DNA of 64,000 nucleotides from Antedon mediterranea (GCF_964355755.1 NC_092671.1:9796001-9860000), one strand, 5' to 3'. Positions 1 through 13,800 are shown, numbered from the stretch's first letter. The notes: generated from the letters alone by a model not told the origin. Made by a program: numbers and translations.

Positions 1-47
1 TATTCATATTTATATCACCAATTTCTTCCCACAAAAAGAAACAACTT

Positions 48-124
48 TTCGTTTTAATAGTTACGTTGCCTTTATATATTAATTTTGTATTATGTATGTG
101 TTGAAATGAAATAAAAAAAAAAAA
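48..124 (+). mobile_element. Short poly(A)-tailed retroposed insertion
   Basis: 15-bp TSD AAAAAGAAACAACTT (33-47 and 125-139), with a GAAATAAA(A)n tail. Confidence 0.65.
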
Positions 125-141
125 AAAAAGAAACAACTTAC

Positions 142-3100
142 TCGATTATTAAATGCCACAATTCCAACTCTTTTGTCTGGTTGCTCTCTCTCCATCCTGG
201 TTAATTGTGTGTCAATGGCTGATTGCATGGCCTACAAAATTATAAATAAATAAAAAGAAAATTATGGAAAGAAATAATTTAAAGTTAGAAGGTTTGAGCG
301 GTGTCCTCTAAAGGGTTTGACTGTAGTGTGAACAAAAACATATATTTTCATTGTTCATTTCACATGAAAGTGTGTCCTGAATAGGGGTGCCTAAAGGTGG
401 GAATTTTACAGTACCATACCTGTAATCTTGAAATGTATGTCTTTGGTTGTACAGTAGCACCAGGGTATGAAACATACCGCGGCTCGTCAAACTGCTTACG
501 ACTTTCCATCAGTGCAACATTTGCATCGTTTGATCTCATCAGTTGATCATTTCCATTCACCTGCGGACATATTAGAATATTGGGTTAGCCATGTATTCCT
601 TGTTTTACATGAAAATGGCCCATAAATATAGATTTCCAAAAGGTTCTACTGTACGTATACTGTACTAAATTAAAACACTTGAGAAAGTCTGATAACATTC
701 TAATCATTTCCATTTACGTGTGGACATATTAGAATATTGATTAGCCATATTGTAAAAGCATATTATTCCTCATTTGACAGGAAAGTGTCACATACACAAG
801 AAGTTTTCTACTGTTTGTATATTTTACTAAACTCAAACCATTGAGAAAGTCTCTGATAACATTCCACGACTTGACCTGTAGTCTTTTACTGGAATAGTGT
901 GTACTATTGCACGCCATGTGACCCACAATCATCCAATCAAAAATGACTGGAATTTATTTAGATATTAAATAACACTGGATCTGAAAACACACAGGGTTTT
1001 TAAGTATTTTATGTTGAATTTTACTACAGTGAAACAGATTTTATCTTTAAATTACAACTTTATTTGAAGAATGATCACAGAATAAATACCTCAGTTGTGA
1101 CGCACATGCTTCCTGAGATATCTAAACAAAACAAGATGGCCGAATCAGCCTCAGTTCCAGATCCTTCTTTTAATATATAGGTAACATCATCCTTTTCTAA
1201 TTTATCCTGAATTGCAAATTTTTCACTTATATTCTCGGCTTCGCAAAACTCACATTTCCAAAACTGTAGAGAATTATAAGAAAAAAATATTGATTTTAAT
1301 TTTCAAATCTAAACTGAATGTTAATAATCACTATAAAAACAGTCATGAGCTATAAAGTGATATACAGCAATGTAATTATATTCTTATCACACTAAATATG
1401 TGGACTTTGAAACTAATAAAAATGATATTCAAGACAACAAACATAATGGATATGGGAAGCTATATATTTGAGGCTGCTACTGCAGCAAATTCGTATAATA
1501 AAATTATTTATTAATATGACTTGATAACTGTATGTCTTCCAAATTTCATCCACACGAAAAATGAATTATGTTGTCTGGATGGTACTACGATACGACAAAT
1601 AAATGTACAGTACAATTATAATACCTACAATAGAGTAGGTAGAATATTTAGACTATAAACAATCTCATACCATAAACCACCATATCCCATAAACCACCTC
1701 GTCCCATTAATCACCTCGTCCCATTAACCACCTCGTCCCATAAACCACCTCATCCCATAAACCACCACGTCCCATTAACCACCTCGTCCCATAAACCACA
1801 TTGTCCCATAAACCACCTCATCCCATAAACCACCTCGTCTTATAAAACCACCTCTTTCCATGAACCACCTTATCCCATAAACCCCTTCTTCCCATTAACC
1901 ACTTCTTTCCATAAACCACCTCATCCCATAAGCCACCTCATCCCATAAACCACTTTTTCCCATAAACCACTTCTTCCCATAAACCACCTCATCCCATAAA
2001 CCACCTCATCCCATAAACCACCTCATCCCATAAACCACCTCATTCCATAAACCACCTCATCCCATAAACCACCTCATTCCATAAACCACCTCATACCATA
2101 AACCACCTCATTCCATAAACCATCTTATCCCATAAACCACCGCTTCCCATAACAATATGAATACCAGATACCTGTCCATCTATGATTTTGCTGATATGCG
2201 AAAAAGCTGCAGAACAGTTTTCACAAAATATAGCCTCCCCTGGTGAAAAGTCAACAGATTTTACTAAAGATTCAAATTTAACAGCAACAACATTTGTATC
2301 TGCTCGTCTATACTTCATGGGTTTAATTTCTGTGAATAAAATGTAAATGAAAAAAATGAGTAAGTTTATCATCTTTTTTCTTTTTCTAAAGTTACATTTG
2401 GTTTGTGTTTATTTTTTTATAAACTGTAAATGCATGAAACCTGTAATTTTCAGGATACTTAAAGATGTATTGTTCCCTCAAAATCATTAAAAAAATAAAG
2501 ATTTATAAATCAGATTTTGAATAAGCCATTTTGCAGTTTTAATTAAGTTGTTCACAAACACGGGGACAAAATTTTGTAAAAATAATAATTTCACATTTCA
2601 AGACAAAATAAAAAAGAAATTTATTACACCAAACTGCTGAATGTGTCCTTTAACAAAGTTCATTCATTATTCAATTCTGTGCTCTGATAGTTTTGGGATA
2701 TTGATATAAGACGATAATTTACTATTATCCAGACAAAATGTCTATTCACATGTTGGCATTTTGAAAGTTGGTATATAATTAATAGTTGTTTGCTTTGTTA
2801 TTATTTTAACCACCTGATATCCTAATAAATAAGTAAACAAAGACTTGATGATACATTGTTGTGGTTTACCACTATGAATAGTACAATGGCCTTCACCAGG
2901 AAAACAAAATGTTCCTGTAAAGTTGTTTTTTTTATTGATATTACAAAAGGCCATTGTAAGAATTGTATATGAGACATGACTATTATGAAATACTTTCTCA
3001 AGGTTGTTTATAGTTAGTTACCTTCCTTAGTCTTTTTTATATTTTCTGGAGGCAATGGCGGAGCATTTGCTAAAAGAAAACAAGTAACATTTATTATTTT

Positions 3101-6100
3101 ATTTTTCACGCTACAGAGCGCTCAGGATTTCCAAGCAACTGTGCTAATGAAAAAAACTTTAAAAAAATAATAAGTCCACCAGGAAGACCAAAAGATAACT
3201 GGATAAACCAACTAAAAAAAGATTTAAAAGGAAAAAAATGTAGACTTTAGCACAATAATAAACCATCCTGACAGAAAAATATGGAAACAAATCGTAGAAA
3301 TCGTAATGTCGAAATGACGGAAAACGTTTCAAGAGAAAGAGGAGAGAGTGTGCTAATGATGGGATGTCTTCATATTACACAAACAAACAGCAGTGATGGG
3401 CATAGTTCATGGACTATATATACCATTTGTGGAAAGGGGTGTTCAAAAATTTATACTTTTCGACTTATATCTCGATTCAGTCTTTGCTGTTACCTAGTCT
3501 ATTCATCTATCTTTTACTTCAGTCGGAATCTTTTCCCATGAAATTACTTATTCTGATTCACCCGGGTAAGTTGGCTTCATGAAACAATTATAGTATTATT
3601 GATTTTAACTGAATTTCAAGATTTAATTCAGTCCACAACCGTAATCTTTGAATCCTTTTTGAGTGCAATGTTTTATATTTTTTATATGCGATATTTTATG
3701 TTCAACTTTTATTTATATGTATAATAAATTGCGTTTAAAGTTCAAGTTCAATCCATGGATTTCTTTTCTATCTTTTAATTACAAATGATAAATACAAGAA
3801 TTTAGCTTTTTTACCGCTTAATTCTGAGTAGTGGTGTGAATCATGCGCTCCCAGTTCAGCATATAAACCTTCTGGAACTTTCGGTTTATTTTTTGATGGA
3901 ATTTTGTTATCGTAAATAGCTTCTGGTCCATCAAATGTCCTGTTATCGTATATTGCTTCTGGAAAATAAAATGTTACATTATTAATAACAATTAAATATA
4001 AAAAAAAGCTTCCAAGGTTTATATTTTCTGTTTTAATCTCTTCATTTATGTATAATGTATAATTATTGATGATGTATTTATTTTATTGTAATTGTAAGAA
4101 TGAAACTTAATATATAAAAAAAATCATATAAGAAAAGAAACAGCAATTTTTGTTGACATACAGTATGTTTACAATGATATATATTCTCACTAAATGTACT
4201 GAGTGAAATGGAAATAAAGTAATTGTACAGTATCTCACAAAATACAAAAAAAACCCCAATTAAATAAAGAATATAGTATATACAACACATGCTTGTGGTA
4301 AGGTATTACGGCCAAAAAATAAATATAATCAGCATATCCCCAATAACACTGTTATATAAGTACACATTTACAATAACAATAGGCATAGATACAGTACTCT
4401 ATCCATGTTCTAATTAATTTTCTTGCTTTCAAGACATTATTAAATATTAATAAATATATAATTATTAATTAAGTCTTTGTAATAACCTATTATAAAAGTT
4501 GATTGTGGATTATGATTATTTAATGAATGTTTTTATTATCATTAATAAGCGTGGTTCCCAGTTGCCCAAAATGCAAGTGAGTTGACCAATCACAGCGACA
4601 GTAGTTCGCTTCGTGATTGGTCAAAGCTTACGTCCTCAAGTAAGCATGTTTTATTAATAGTAATCATTTTAATATATTTAATTTTCTTTGTAATTCCTTA
4701 TATAGCCAGTTGTATATTGCCTCTCATTACATGCATTATTTTGTTATGGTTGTTAGTTGTTACTGTCCTTGTATGGAATTATTTTAATCTATCAAAAACG
4801 TACAGTACGTCCTCAAACGTCTTTGGTTTTTCTTTTTGTTTCGTTCTGTTGAGTGTAATGTTTTTGATAAAAGGAGAAAATAAAAGTTTTTGAAAAAAAA
4901 AAAAAAAAAAAAAAAAAACGTACAGTATCACAAGTTTCTTCCTAATATTAAATCATGGTGTAACATTTTGATATTTATATTATTATTCTTTACTGACAAC
5001 TGGGGATAACAGTGTCCAACATGGCACGCAAATAGTATGGTACAAGCATGAAAATAGCAATAACAAACTTAGATAATATTTTCACTAACTTTAAATACTT
5101 CGAAAACAAAGTTTGACAGTAATGTACATTACCTTCAGAGGGTGCTGACTGCTGACCAACTAAACCAATATTATCATAATTACCTGCAATAGATAAATAG
5201 AAAAGTACAATTATACACACAGTAAAAACTCTTTCAAACCTCTTGGGTCCTCACTTCCAAATGCCTGACTTTCATATGGCTTCTGATAAAAATAATATCC
5301 GGATTTAAATAAAATATTTAACTTAAACGCTTTACATCAAAATGAACTAATGTGCTCTATACAATTACAACACATTACAATACTGTAGTAATACACTTGT
5401 GGAAGTATACTATATACTACTAGTAATTTCATCTCATTTGTGTAGGAGCTATAAAATATTGTATATTATTGAACTAAAGCAAAATTCTCATCTTTGCTTC
5501 TTAAGCAGCAAATTTACATATATAATAATAATTACTTTCAGTAGAGGTGGTGCAATGCCATATCATAATTAATATGGCTATGACAGCTTTAATCAACACA
5601 TTATGAGTTTGTAATATGCTAGGGAAAATGTAAGACAGAATACATAAGAATATACAATCATATGGATGAAATTTATATCATGAAAATATAGAAATATAAT
5701 TTTAAATAATGTTGATAAAGAAGATGTTAGTTATGGTAGAGGTGGTGCAATGCCATATCATAATTAATATGGCTATGACAGCTTTAATCAACACATTATG
5801 AGTTTGTAATATGCCAGGGAAAATGTAATACAGAATACATAAGAATATACAATCATATGGATAGAATTTATATCATGAAAATATAGAAATATAATTTTAA
5901 ATAATTTTGATAAAGAAGATGTTAGTTATGTTATTATACTGTAATTGTTATCCTCAATTATCTAACTATATACTCTAGGTTTATTTTTATTGTTTTAGTA
6001 ATGTGTTTTGTTTGTGGGTCCCGGTGAGACAAGTGTTTAACTTCTAGAAGGGATCCATGATAATAATGACTACCAATTACTGCTTTATCTATGTTCACTT

Positions 6101-8556
6101 TAATATCTTTTTTCTATTTTGTATATGTTCATTCATTACTATCTGAATAAATGTTATCTGAATCTGAATAATATGATTTTAAAAATGAGCATGCACCAGA
6201 CATATTGTACAATGTAAACACTGCAATCAGTAAATTGTTGAATATAAAGCAAACATGCAACTATTGGGAGCTTCATTCTAATTCACAAAAATCTTACAAA
6301 ATGGAACTAACAATATGTACACCATCTCTCAAAACCAGACATCCTGAAGCTCTATCTACACTATCAAACTGTTATATGGACTTGATGATGTCATATCACT
6401 ACCATATTTGAGCATATCACTATCATATTTGGGTATATCACTACCATATTTGGGCAAATCACTACCATATTTGGGTATATCACTACCATATTTGGGCATA
6501 TCACTACCATATTTGGGCACATCACATATTTGTGTCATAAAAGATTGATAGTGTAGACAGAACTTTAAAAAGGTTCCAATTTTATTCGTACTATCACATT
6601 GAAAATGTATTATGAAAATAAAAATTAAAAGCAGTAGCAAAAATGGATATTATTAGATGGAAAGCAGATATCCAAAATTGGTAACAACTGCAACACCTTA
6701 CAACACAAGCAATTTGTGGCATGTACTAATGCTAAGTGCTACAAACAAACATGTCTTCTGGAGTGGGTACTAGATATTTCAGTCAATGATATGTACAGGG
6801 AAATATGAAATAGTCAGAAACACTACAAACAATGAAGGAATTAGGTCTAGACTCCATGTTACCTTTAATACCCTTTTCACATATGTATAAATTGTTACAA
6901 CCTTATAACAAGTTGTAACCAGGATTGATTCGCCAGACTTATTACATGTTTTCATACACAAACCTTGTGAAATCTCTGGAGGAAAGAATATTTGCGCGCT
7001 ATTTGATTACTATGATTGGTCAGTTAATACCACGGCAATACATGTGTGCGCAGCAAGAACTCAGAACATCTCAGGACAAAAACACAGGCCTCCTAGATTT
7101 CACAAGGGACCCCTGTGAAATCTCGGGAAATTTTTCACAAAATTGTCTTCACACTATGCAAACCTAGTTACAAGTTGTTAAATTTTGCATATGTGAAAAG
7201 GGTAATAGAAGAAAGACATGGATAGGTTTACTATAAATTCTTAGTATCATTTCCAAATCTATCAAGTTGTTTTTAAACTAATGAATAAGGTTTATGTGCT
7301 GCTTGCAAAAATACTGGTGAGTAACTAAATGACGAGCTATCAAACCTTCATTTGACAAGGCATAATTTCTGCGACAACCCCTTATACTTTCACCGTAAGT
7401 TGCTGTAAAGTAAAAATGACAAATTAACCCAATAAAGGACTTAAATAAGTTGGTCTCAAAATAGTCAAGGCAATTATCATTACCAATGGGTAAAATGATA
7501 GAATAAACCCTAAGCATAAAATAAGTTACTAACACAAACGTGTGAAGGTCAATAGATCAATACATTTTCAGAAAATTACACATATTTTCTACAATGTTAT
7601 GAAGTCAAAAGTCTATTTTGGTACTCTATTGTGGAGTTTTCACTGAAGTGTAACAATAATAATGAATAACCAACTTCTGGGTATATTTAATTGTACAATG
7701 GAGGAAGCTATTGCTTATTGCTAAATATATATCTGTAAACGACAGGCATTTGTATAAGAAAATAAACAATGTAGAAGATTAGAATAATTATAAGTATTAT
7801 CATTGAAATTGGAAACAGAAAAGCCTTTTTATAATTTCGAATCTAGGCCTATTTTAAGGAGGAACTATTACAGAAAAAAAGACAAAAGACTCACAATACA
7901 GTAACTTTCAATATGAAAAAAGCTAACAATATATAAAAATTTGATCTTGTTTTTGGAATATAACAACAGTTATCTATGATTTTCATTTTTGATAAAAATT
8001 GTACTTTATTTATGACTATTTTATAATATTTGTTGTACACTATACAGTACCTTCTGATTGGACAAAACTTCTACCACCAGGAGCCACAGTACGTCCTGCA
8101 GTGGCAGCATACTTTGCACTGTCAAAAAATAAATTAATATTCTGAATGATAAACTTTTGCTAGTTAATTATTAAAATCATACATACCAACAGTTTTAACT
8201 CACTGTCACATGCTTCGTTAAGCATTGGGTAAGAATCTACCTGAAGCAACTAGTACCATACAAGAGAGTGATGTGGTATAATTGTAAGGGATATCAGACT
8301 ATAATGTTATTTCCATGGGTTCATGACTATTAATCAAATTATATGTTATAGCACTCCTCTGGATTCACACCTGAACTATTATAATATTATTAAAGATAAG
8401 GGGATGGAAAAGTCGTGTACTAAATGAAGAGTTCACCCAATAATAAAATAAAAAATTTAAATACCTGCCACCTATTCCAAACTTGTACTCTCCTTCAGAG
8501 ATAAATTCATCATCGGAATCATCATAATTTAACACATGACTTGACGCAAATTCCAT
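142..8556 (-). CDS. Sec23/24-type zinc finger + VWA domain protein (circularly permutated Ras protein 1-like); 5' part only, continues beyond window start
   Basis: Phase-consistent GT-AG exons: 8465-8556 (ATG, MEFASSHVLNYDDSDDEF), 8051-8118, 7346-7402, 5133-5183, 3815-3958, 3022-3069, 2172-2329 (YRRADTNVVAVKF..CENC), 1090-1263 (WKCEFC..ILFCLDISGSMCVTTE), 420-560 (..YISRLQ), 142-231 (AMQSAIDTQL..RVGIVAFN). CxxC..WxCxFC is a Sec23/24-like Zn finger and DISGS is the VWA MIDAS motif. The small N-terminal exons are less certain than the domain exons. Confidence 0.8.
1666..2150. repeat. 17-bp minisatellite (CCCATAAACCACCTCAT)n
   Basis: About 28 degenerate tandem units next to exon 2172-2329. Confidence 0.95.
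3151..3348 (+). mobile_element. 5'-truncated RTE-like LINE 3' end
   Basis: 11-bp TSD TGTGCTAATGA (3140-3150 and 3349-3359). The frameshifted peptide PPGRPKDNWINQLKKDL..DRKIWKQIV* resembles the RTE ORF C-terminus, followed by a GA-rich tail. Confidence 0.7.
4808..4913 (+). mobile_element. Short poly(A)-tailed retroposed insertion
   Basis: 14-bp TSD AAAAACGTACAGTA (4794-4807 and 4914-4927), with AATAAA followed by a long A-tract. Confidence 0.7.
5541..5930. repeat. 195-bp direct tandem duplication
   Basis: 5541-5735 and 5736-5930 are nearly identical, differing by a few substitutions. Confidence 0.9.
6348..6564. mobile_element. Harbinger-like MITE family A (TIR AGCTCTGTCTACACTATCAAACT), with an internal 21-bp repeat expanded about 6x
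   Basis: Both TIRs are present around an internal (ATATCACTACCATATTTGGGC)n array. Confidence 0.75.
6871..7202. mobile_element. MITE with CCC termini
   Basis: 15-bp TIR CCCTTTTCACATATG / CATATGTGAAAAGGG, with TAATA on both flanks and subterminal ACAAGTTGT repeats. Superfamily not assigned. Confidence 0.7.
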
Positions 8557-10262
8557 TTTTAATTGACACTTATCTGAAAGAATAATAAATATCAAATATT
8601 TAAATATTTTTCAACTTCTACCTGTTTCAGTGTTTTGTGAAATTATATTATTTATTATTAATATAATAGAATGTTATTTAAAAGACAACCATCCTCTAAT
8701 CCTAATGAAATCTTGTAGGCTACCAAATCTATTATGAGTAATATTAATAACAATACGTACCTGACGTACTGTACTACCAAATACTATTTGTTTACCTACC
8801 TCACACCAGTACGCGAGAGAGTACGGCTAGGTACCACTATCGATTGGCAACCCCAGGCTTAGAACGGTACACTGAATCAGAAGAGGCGGGCTAGACAGAA
8901 ACAACAAGTGTATATATTTCGTATATATAGTTCTATAGGTGCTACAATATGATTTAACGATGGCACGAACCTTAGTAATAAGACAATCGTATTTAATTCG
9001 GATAAATTGATGATTAAATCGTAGCAGAATCTTCTCCGCCTAAAAAATACATCGATGATTCAACCTGCTGCTTGCTCTGCTGAGTACGATATCTGCACTC
9101 TGATTGGCTAAAAGAATTCTAAAGCCTCAAAAGAGCAATAAAATAAAATCATTTAATTGTAAAATTCTTTGTATTTCAATTTCATTCAACGCGTACACTA
9201 AATATACTATAATTCAAATTAAAATATATATGTTTGATTAACTATTTCATTTTCATTTCATTTTATTTCATTTCATTTATTCGTTAAAAACAACAAGGAC
9301 AGTACAAAGGTTCAATAAAATGACAGAGAAAAATGAAACAGGGAAAACCCAAAGATGAACTAAATCCTGTCAAACAAATGAAAATTATTAAATTAAACAA
9401 TAATAATTAAACTTTTTTTAAGTAAAATTTTAATATTTAAAGAAAAATAAATTAATATTTTGATTAAAATGGTATAGAGAAAGCACGAGGCATAAAACAT
9501 AACTACGGATCGATAATCAATATGGTTACTTACAGAAATGCTAGAATCATCATTTTACTCATCTTATTACTTAAATGATACGGTAGGTTAAAAATGATGA
9601 ATGGCAATTTCAATGCATTGTTGGTTTTAATAGGACATTCATGCCGACGTGTCTATTTTGGTTTTACTAAGAAATGTTTAATTGTGACTTAAAATAATAA
9701 TCTAAATATTTTTGTCGATCATCATCAATACAATCACTGTAATCAGGAAACTTCCCTGCTAATAACAGACTAAAAAAGTGATTATTGGGCTGACGATTAC
9801 GTCACACAATTCATATAAAGCGTACATATCCGGGATTGCGGTAATTCTATTGAAGTATGATTTTACTTTTGTTTTTCAAGGTGTAATTTTGAAGATATCT
9901 GGAATTGTAGCTATAACCAATTTTCGGCTTTGATTTGGGACGATGGGTTAGATTGAAGGCTAAATTTATAAATGTTAACTTTAATGCTATGTTTTATAGA
10001 AAAAAGTATACCATGACATGGGTCGAGTCTAATTTAATCATATAATAATTGAATGAAATTCTTTTAATAATAAATTTACAAAATAATTATATATACTGTA
10101 TATTTTTTTTTTTTAATAATTAATTTCATTAAAGTTGATGAAAAAACGATTTGTAGATCCTATTTAAAATTAATAAATTATAATACAGTGTCCCTTCCCT
10201 TCACATCAAAAAAGTAATATAAACTCTAGGGGGCAGCATTTCAGAAATGAGCACAACCGTAC

Positions 10263-10277
10263 GTCACCAATAGCAAC
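10263..10277 (+). promoter_or_regulatory. RFX X-box upstream of SAXO4
   Basis: GTCACC-AAT-AGCAAC fits the consensus GTNRCC-N(0-3)-RGYAAC. It lies about 120 bp upstream of the first donor of a ciliary gene. Confidence 0.65.
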
Positions 10278-10814
10278 TTATGAAAACATTTTGTTTGTTG
10301 TGACATGTGCTGTGTTGTTGGGGTGGTGGGATTACATCTCTACACAAACGACCGATTTTGCATGTTTTTACTGTAAATATTAGGGAAAACAACCTGGTAA
10401 GTGTACATCTTAATATGGATGATCCCTTAATATAATAGATTTTAATATAATAAATGAATGAGAAAGCTAGGCCTGCTAGTAGTACTAGAAAACAGTATGT
10501 ATGGGCTTACCAACCACCACCAGCAGAACAGTCACTAACTATATTATTACTAGGCCTATGCCTATGTATTATTGTATTGTATTAGTAAGTAGTAGTGGTG
10601 AGAAATAATAATTAACACTAGGCCAAGTAGCCCTATAATATAGCCTAGGCATATACTGAAATATGCCGTGTCTGTGACTGATTACATATGCATAGGCCTA
10701 GGCTAACTCCTAGGATAAATAATTAACTTTAAAAATCAAAGTTTTAATTTAATATAGGCCTATTATTATTTTTTCAGTTCGATTATTAATATTAGATACT
10801 GTATTAACATCAAA

Positions 10815-13800
10815 ATGGGTCGTTTACCGATTGGTCCTAAAACATACCACATCAGTGCCAGTCATGGCCCAGACACTGACATGATGAAGTTTTACTCAAC
10901 AAACTATTCCACCAAGTATGGAAAGGATGGGTTCGAACCAAGACTAGGCAAGCATGTTGGTACTGGATATAAGTCTAACTTTAGACCAGGAGTCTACTAC
11001 AGTGCAAGATTAGACGAGAAGGACAACCCAGCAATGGGGTAAGAAATAATCACATACAAATATTTAAAAACAATCTTAATATTATTTTATTTCAATAAAT
11101 GCTCTAAAATGTTAACTCTTTTTCTTTACAGCCAAATCATTCGTGGAAACTACAACTCTATCACACAACTTCATTTCAAGCCCTCTAGAGATTCAAATGG
11201 AACTGATAGACTCCCATCCAATCTGGCGCAAGTCGGCAGTGGATTTGTACGTCAGAAGCCCATCACATATCCAACAGTTGGAGAGGTACATTAAACAGTT
11301 GTCAATATTGTTAAAATACAACAAATACATTTTTCGGACATAAAAATATAGCACTGTTTATGTTACGTATGTGATTCAATAATACTTTTAATAAGATTTT
11401 TTAATTTACCACCAATTTGATTGATTTTTTGATAGATTGATTATTGATTATATTATATCACAGGTGCATGGAGTGTATGTTGACACCAAACAGCATGGTA
11501 TTGGTCCCAGTATTAGTGGTGTACTACCAAAATACAAACCATATCTGCATAAGTTACAGTCTAAAGACCCAGTAGCATTAGAGAACAAGGGACATGTAAA
11601 AATTAATTATTTATTTTTATGTCATTTTAGACTTTAATACAATTAATATCAATGTATGTATGTTGAAAATAAGGATTATTCTTTTCAAATTGAAAACTAA
11701 ACAAAAATGACTATGTATGGTACTGTTTATGTTTATCTCTGTAGAAGCAATATTTAAATTGAAACAAAACACCTTTTAAAAAGGTCTATCAACACTATCA
11801 AACTAGGTAAAAATTGTGTGATGTGCCAAAATATGGTAGTGATATGCTTAATTATGGTAGTGATATGACATCATCATTGCCATATATGGGCACATCACAT
11901 TTTTGTTGTCACATAAATATGCAATTTAAAACTTTAAAATAGAACATTAATACAGTACCACATAAATTATTTTATTTCAGGGTCCAGGATATATGACAAC
12001 AGAATCAAGTGTAAGGTTTAAAGGCACTCCAAGCCAAAGACGTAAGTAAACAGTAGATTGAGATTACTGACATTTTAAATGAATACTAACAGTACGGTCA
12101 CTCCCCCAAGACCAAAATAGTCCTAAAGGTCCAGACGGTCCCAAATACTTTCTGGAAACTCAATATTTTGGGCCACGCCAAAAGTTTTGGGGTCCAGATG
12201 GTTTTAGAAAGTTACCTTGACCGTACTATCACGATTTAGATTCATTTAATTGATATAACAAAATTAATTAATTTACAACTTTATTTTCAACTTAGTGGAT
12301 ACCTCAACTAAAACTGTTGGAGGAAAACAGGGCTCAGGTTATACACATGCGTACAACGTTGAACCAATCACATATCATCCAGGTTCACCCTACAAAAACG
12401 ATATGCCTGTAAGTGGACTCTGATTATATCTCATAAAATCAGTTTTGACAAAATTAATGGTTTGGCCAGTCTGTAATTTTTAATTTTTTTAAATTATTTT
12501 TTTATTTAGGGATTTTTTACAGATCGACCAACTGGAATTAGTGTTATGAAAACCTCCTATAGACCATCGAAATATAGCCACGTAAGTTTTGAATCATTAA
12601 CCAACCTATTTAACTTATCAATGAATGTCATCTAATTGATCTTGGAGGGATAATAGCTAAATAGCAATAATACTGTGATATATTAAATCCCAATAAAGTA
12701 AAATTGTTATTGTTTTTATAGGGAGCTGAGAAGTTACCATTCATTTCTGATCGATCAGACCACGAAACCGGGTTTACACATGAGAAGGCGAAACCATTAT
12801 ATGTGCACAGAGTAATGGAACATGTAAGTTGAATTTTTACTTAGTTCTATCTTTACAGAGGAGTACCTTCATCTGCTTAGTTTACAGAATTAGATTAGAT
12901 TTACAGCATTATAGATTAGGGGAGGGTGGAGGGTGGGGGCTAAAAATTTCATAAATGATAAAAACAATCCGTCGGGTTACAGAAAAATCATTATTTTATT
13001 GTTTTTTTAAATGGCTGTTAACTTTTAGGAGGGGGAGGCAGAGCTAAAGCCTGTTTATCCCCCGTCTAAATCCGCGCCTGGTACTTTCAAGTTAAAGATA
13101 ATAATAGTTATACATATTTGAATTATGAAGGCTTACACAAAGAAGAAAGATGTGCCAGACTATGTTAGCAGAAGAATCCGCAAGATTGACCCAGCCGAGT
13201 ACCTGAATATGACCAACCCTGATAACCACTCATCTATAGCGACCAGATCATTCCAAGGTCAACAACAGCCAATACCAAGCCAGAACGAGAGACTGGGTCA
13301 CTATATTTTGGGTCATAAGGTCAGTGAATTTTTGCTAATAATTATATTTATATGGTATTTATTAAAAAATTCAACATAATAATGAAAACTTTGTAGCAAA
13401 AATTGAAAAAATTGAGTTCTAATTTACATTGATATACAGTAAAATAATATTAGGTTTAAATTAATAGACTTTTGACTCTGAGCAGTTTTATTTAATTTAA
13501 TTTATAGGAGTTATCAGGCTATGCTAACAATAATGACAAACCTCAAGCACAAATACCAGTTGAGCCGTTTGGTTGGATAACACACTATGACACAAGGTAG
13601 GGCAGTTTTTTTAGTCATGTTGGTCCTAATACTGTATTAAACTAGTACATTTGGACAAATTCATTAACAAACCTGTGATTCCTTCAGATTTTATGATATG
13701 AACCCGAAGGGGAAGGCTCGTGCAGGGCGAACATTCGGAGCAGTAATGGATCAGTTACCTAATGGTTTTACAAAGAGCACTGCAGTTCATTCTTACGGCC

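Noticed and set aside
4582-4893. 103-aa hydrophobic ORF resembling a membrane protein
   Set aside because: It starts at TTG, is made of T-rich intron sequence, and runs through a retroposed insert.
5240-5282. Possible 43-nt exon KPYESQAFGSEDPR in the VWA gene
   Set aside because: Its phase 0->1 does not fit the flanking phase-1 exons, and I found no compensating exon. Left out of the model but not excluded.
6356-6640. ORF with PKYGSD repeats
   Set aside because: It is the translation of the 21-bp internal repeat of MITE family A.
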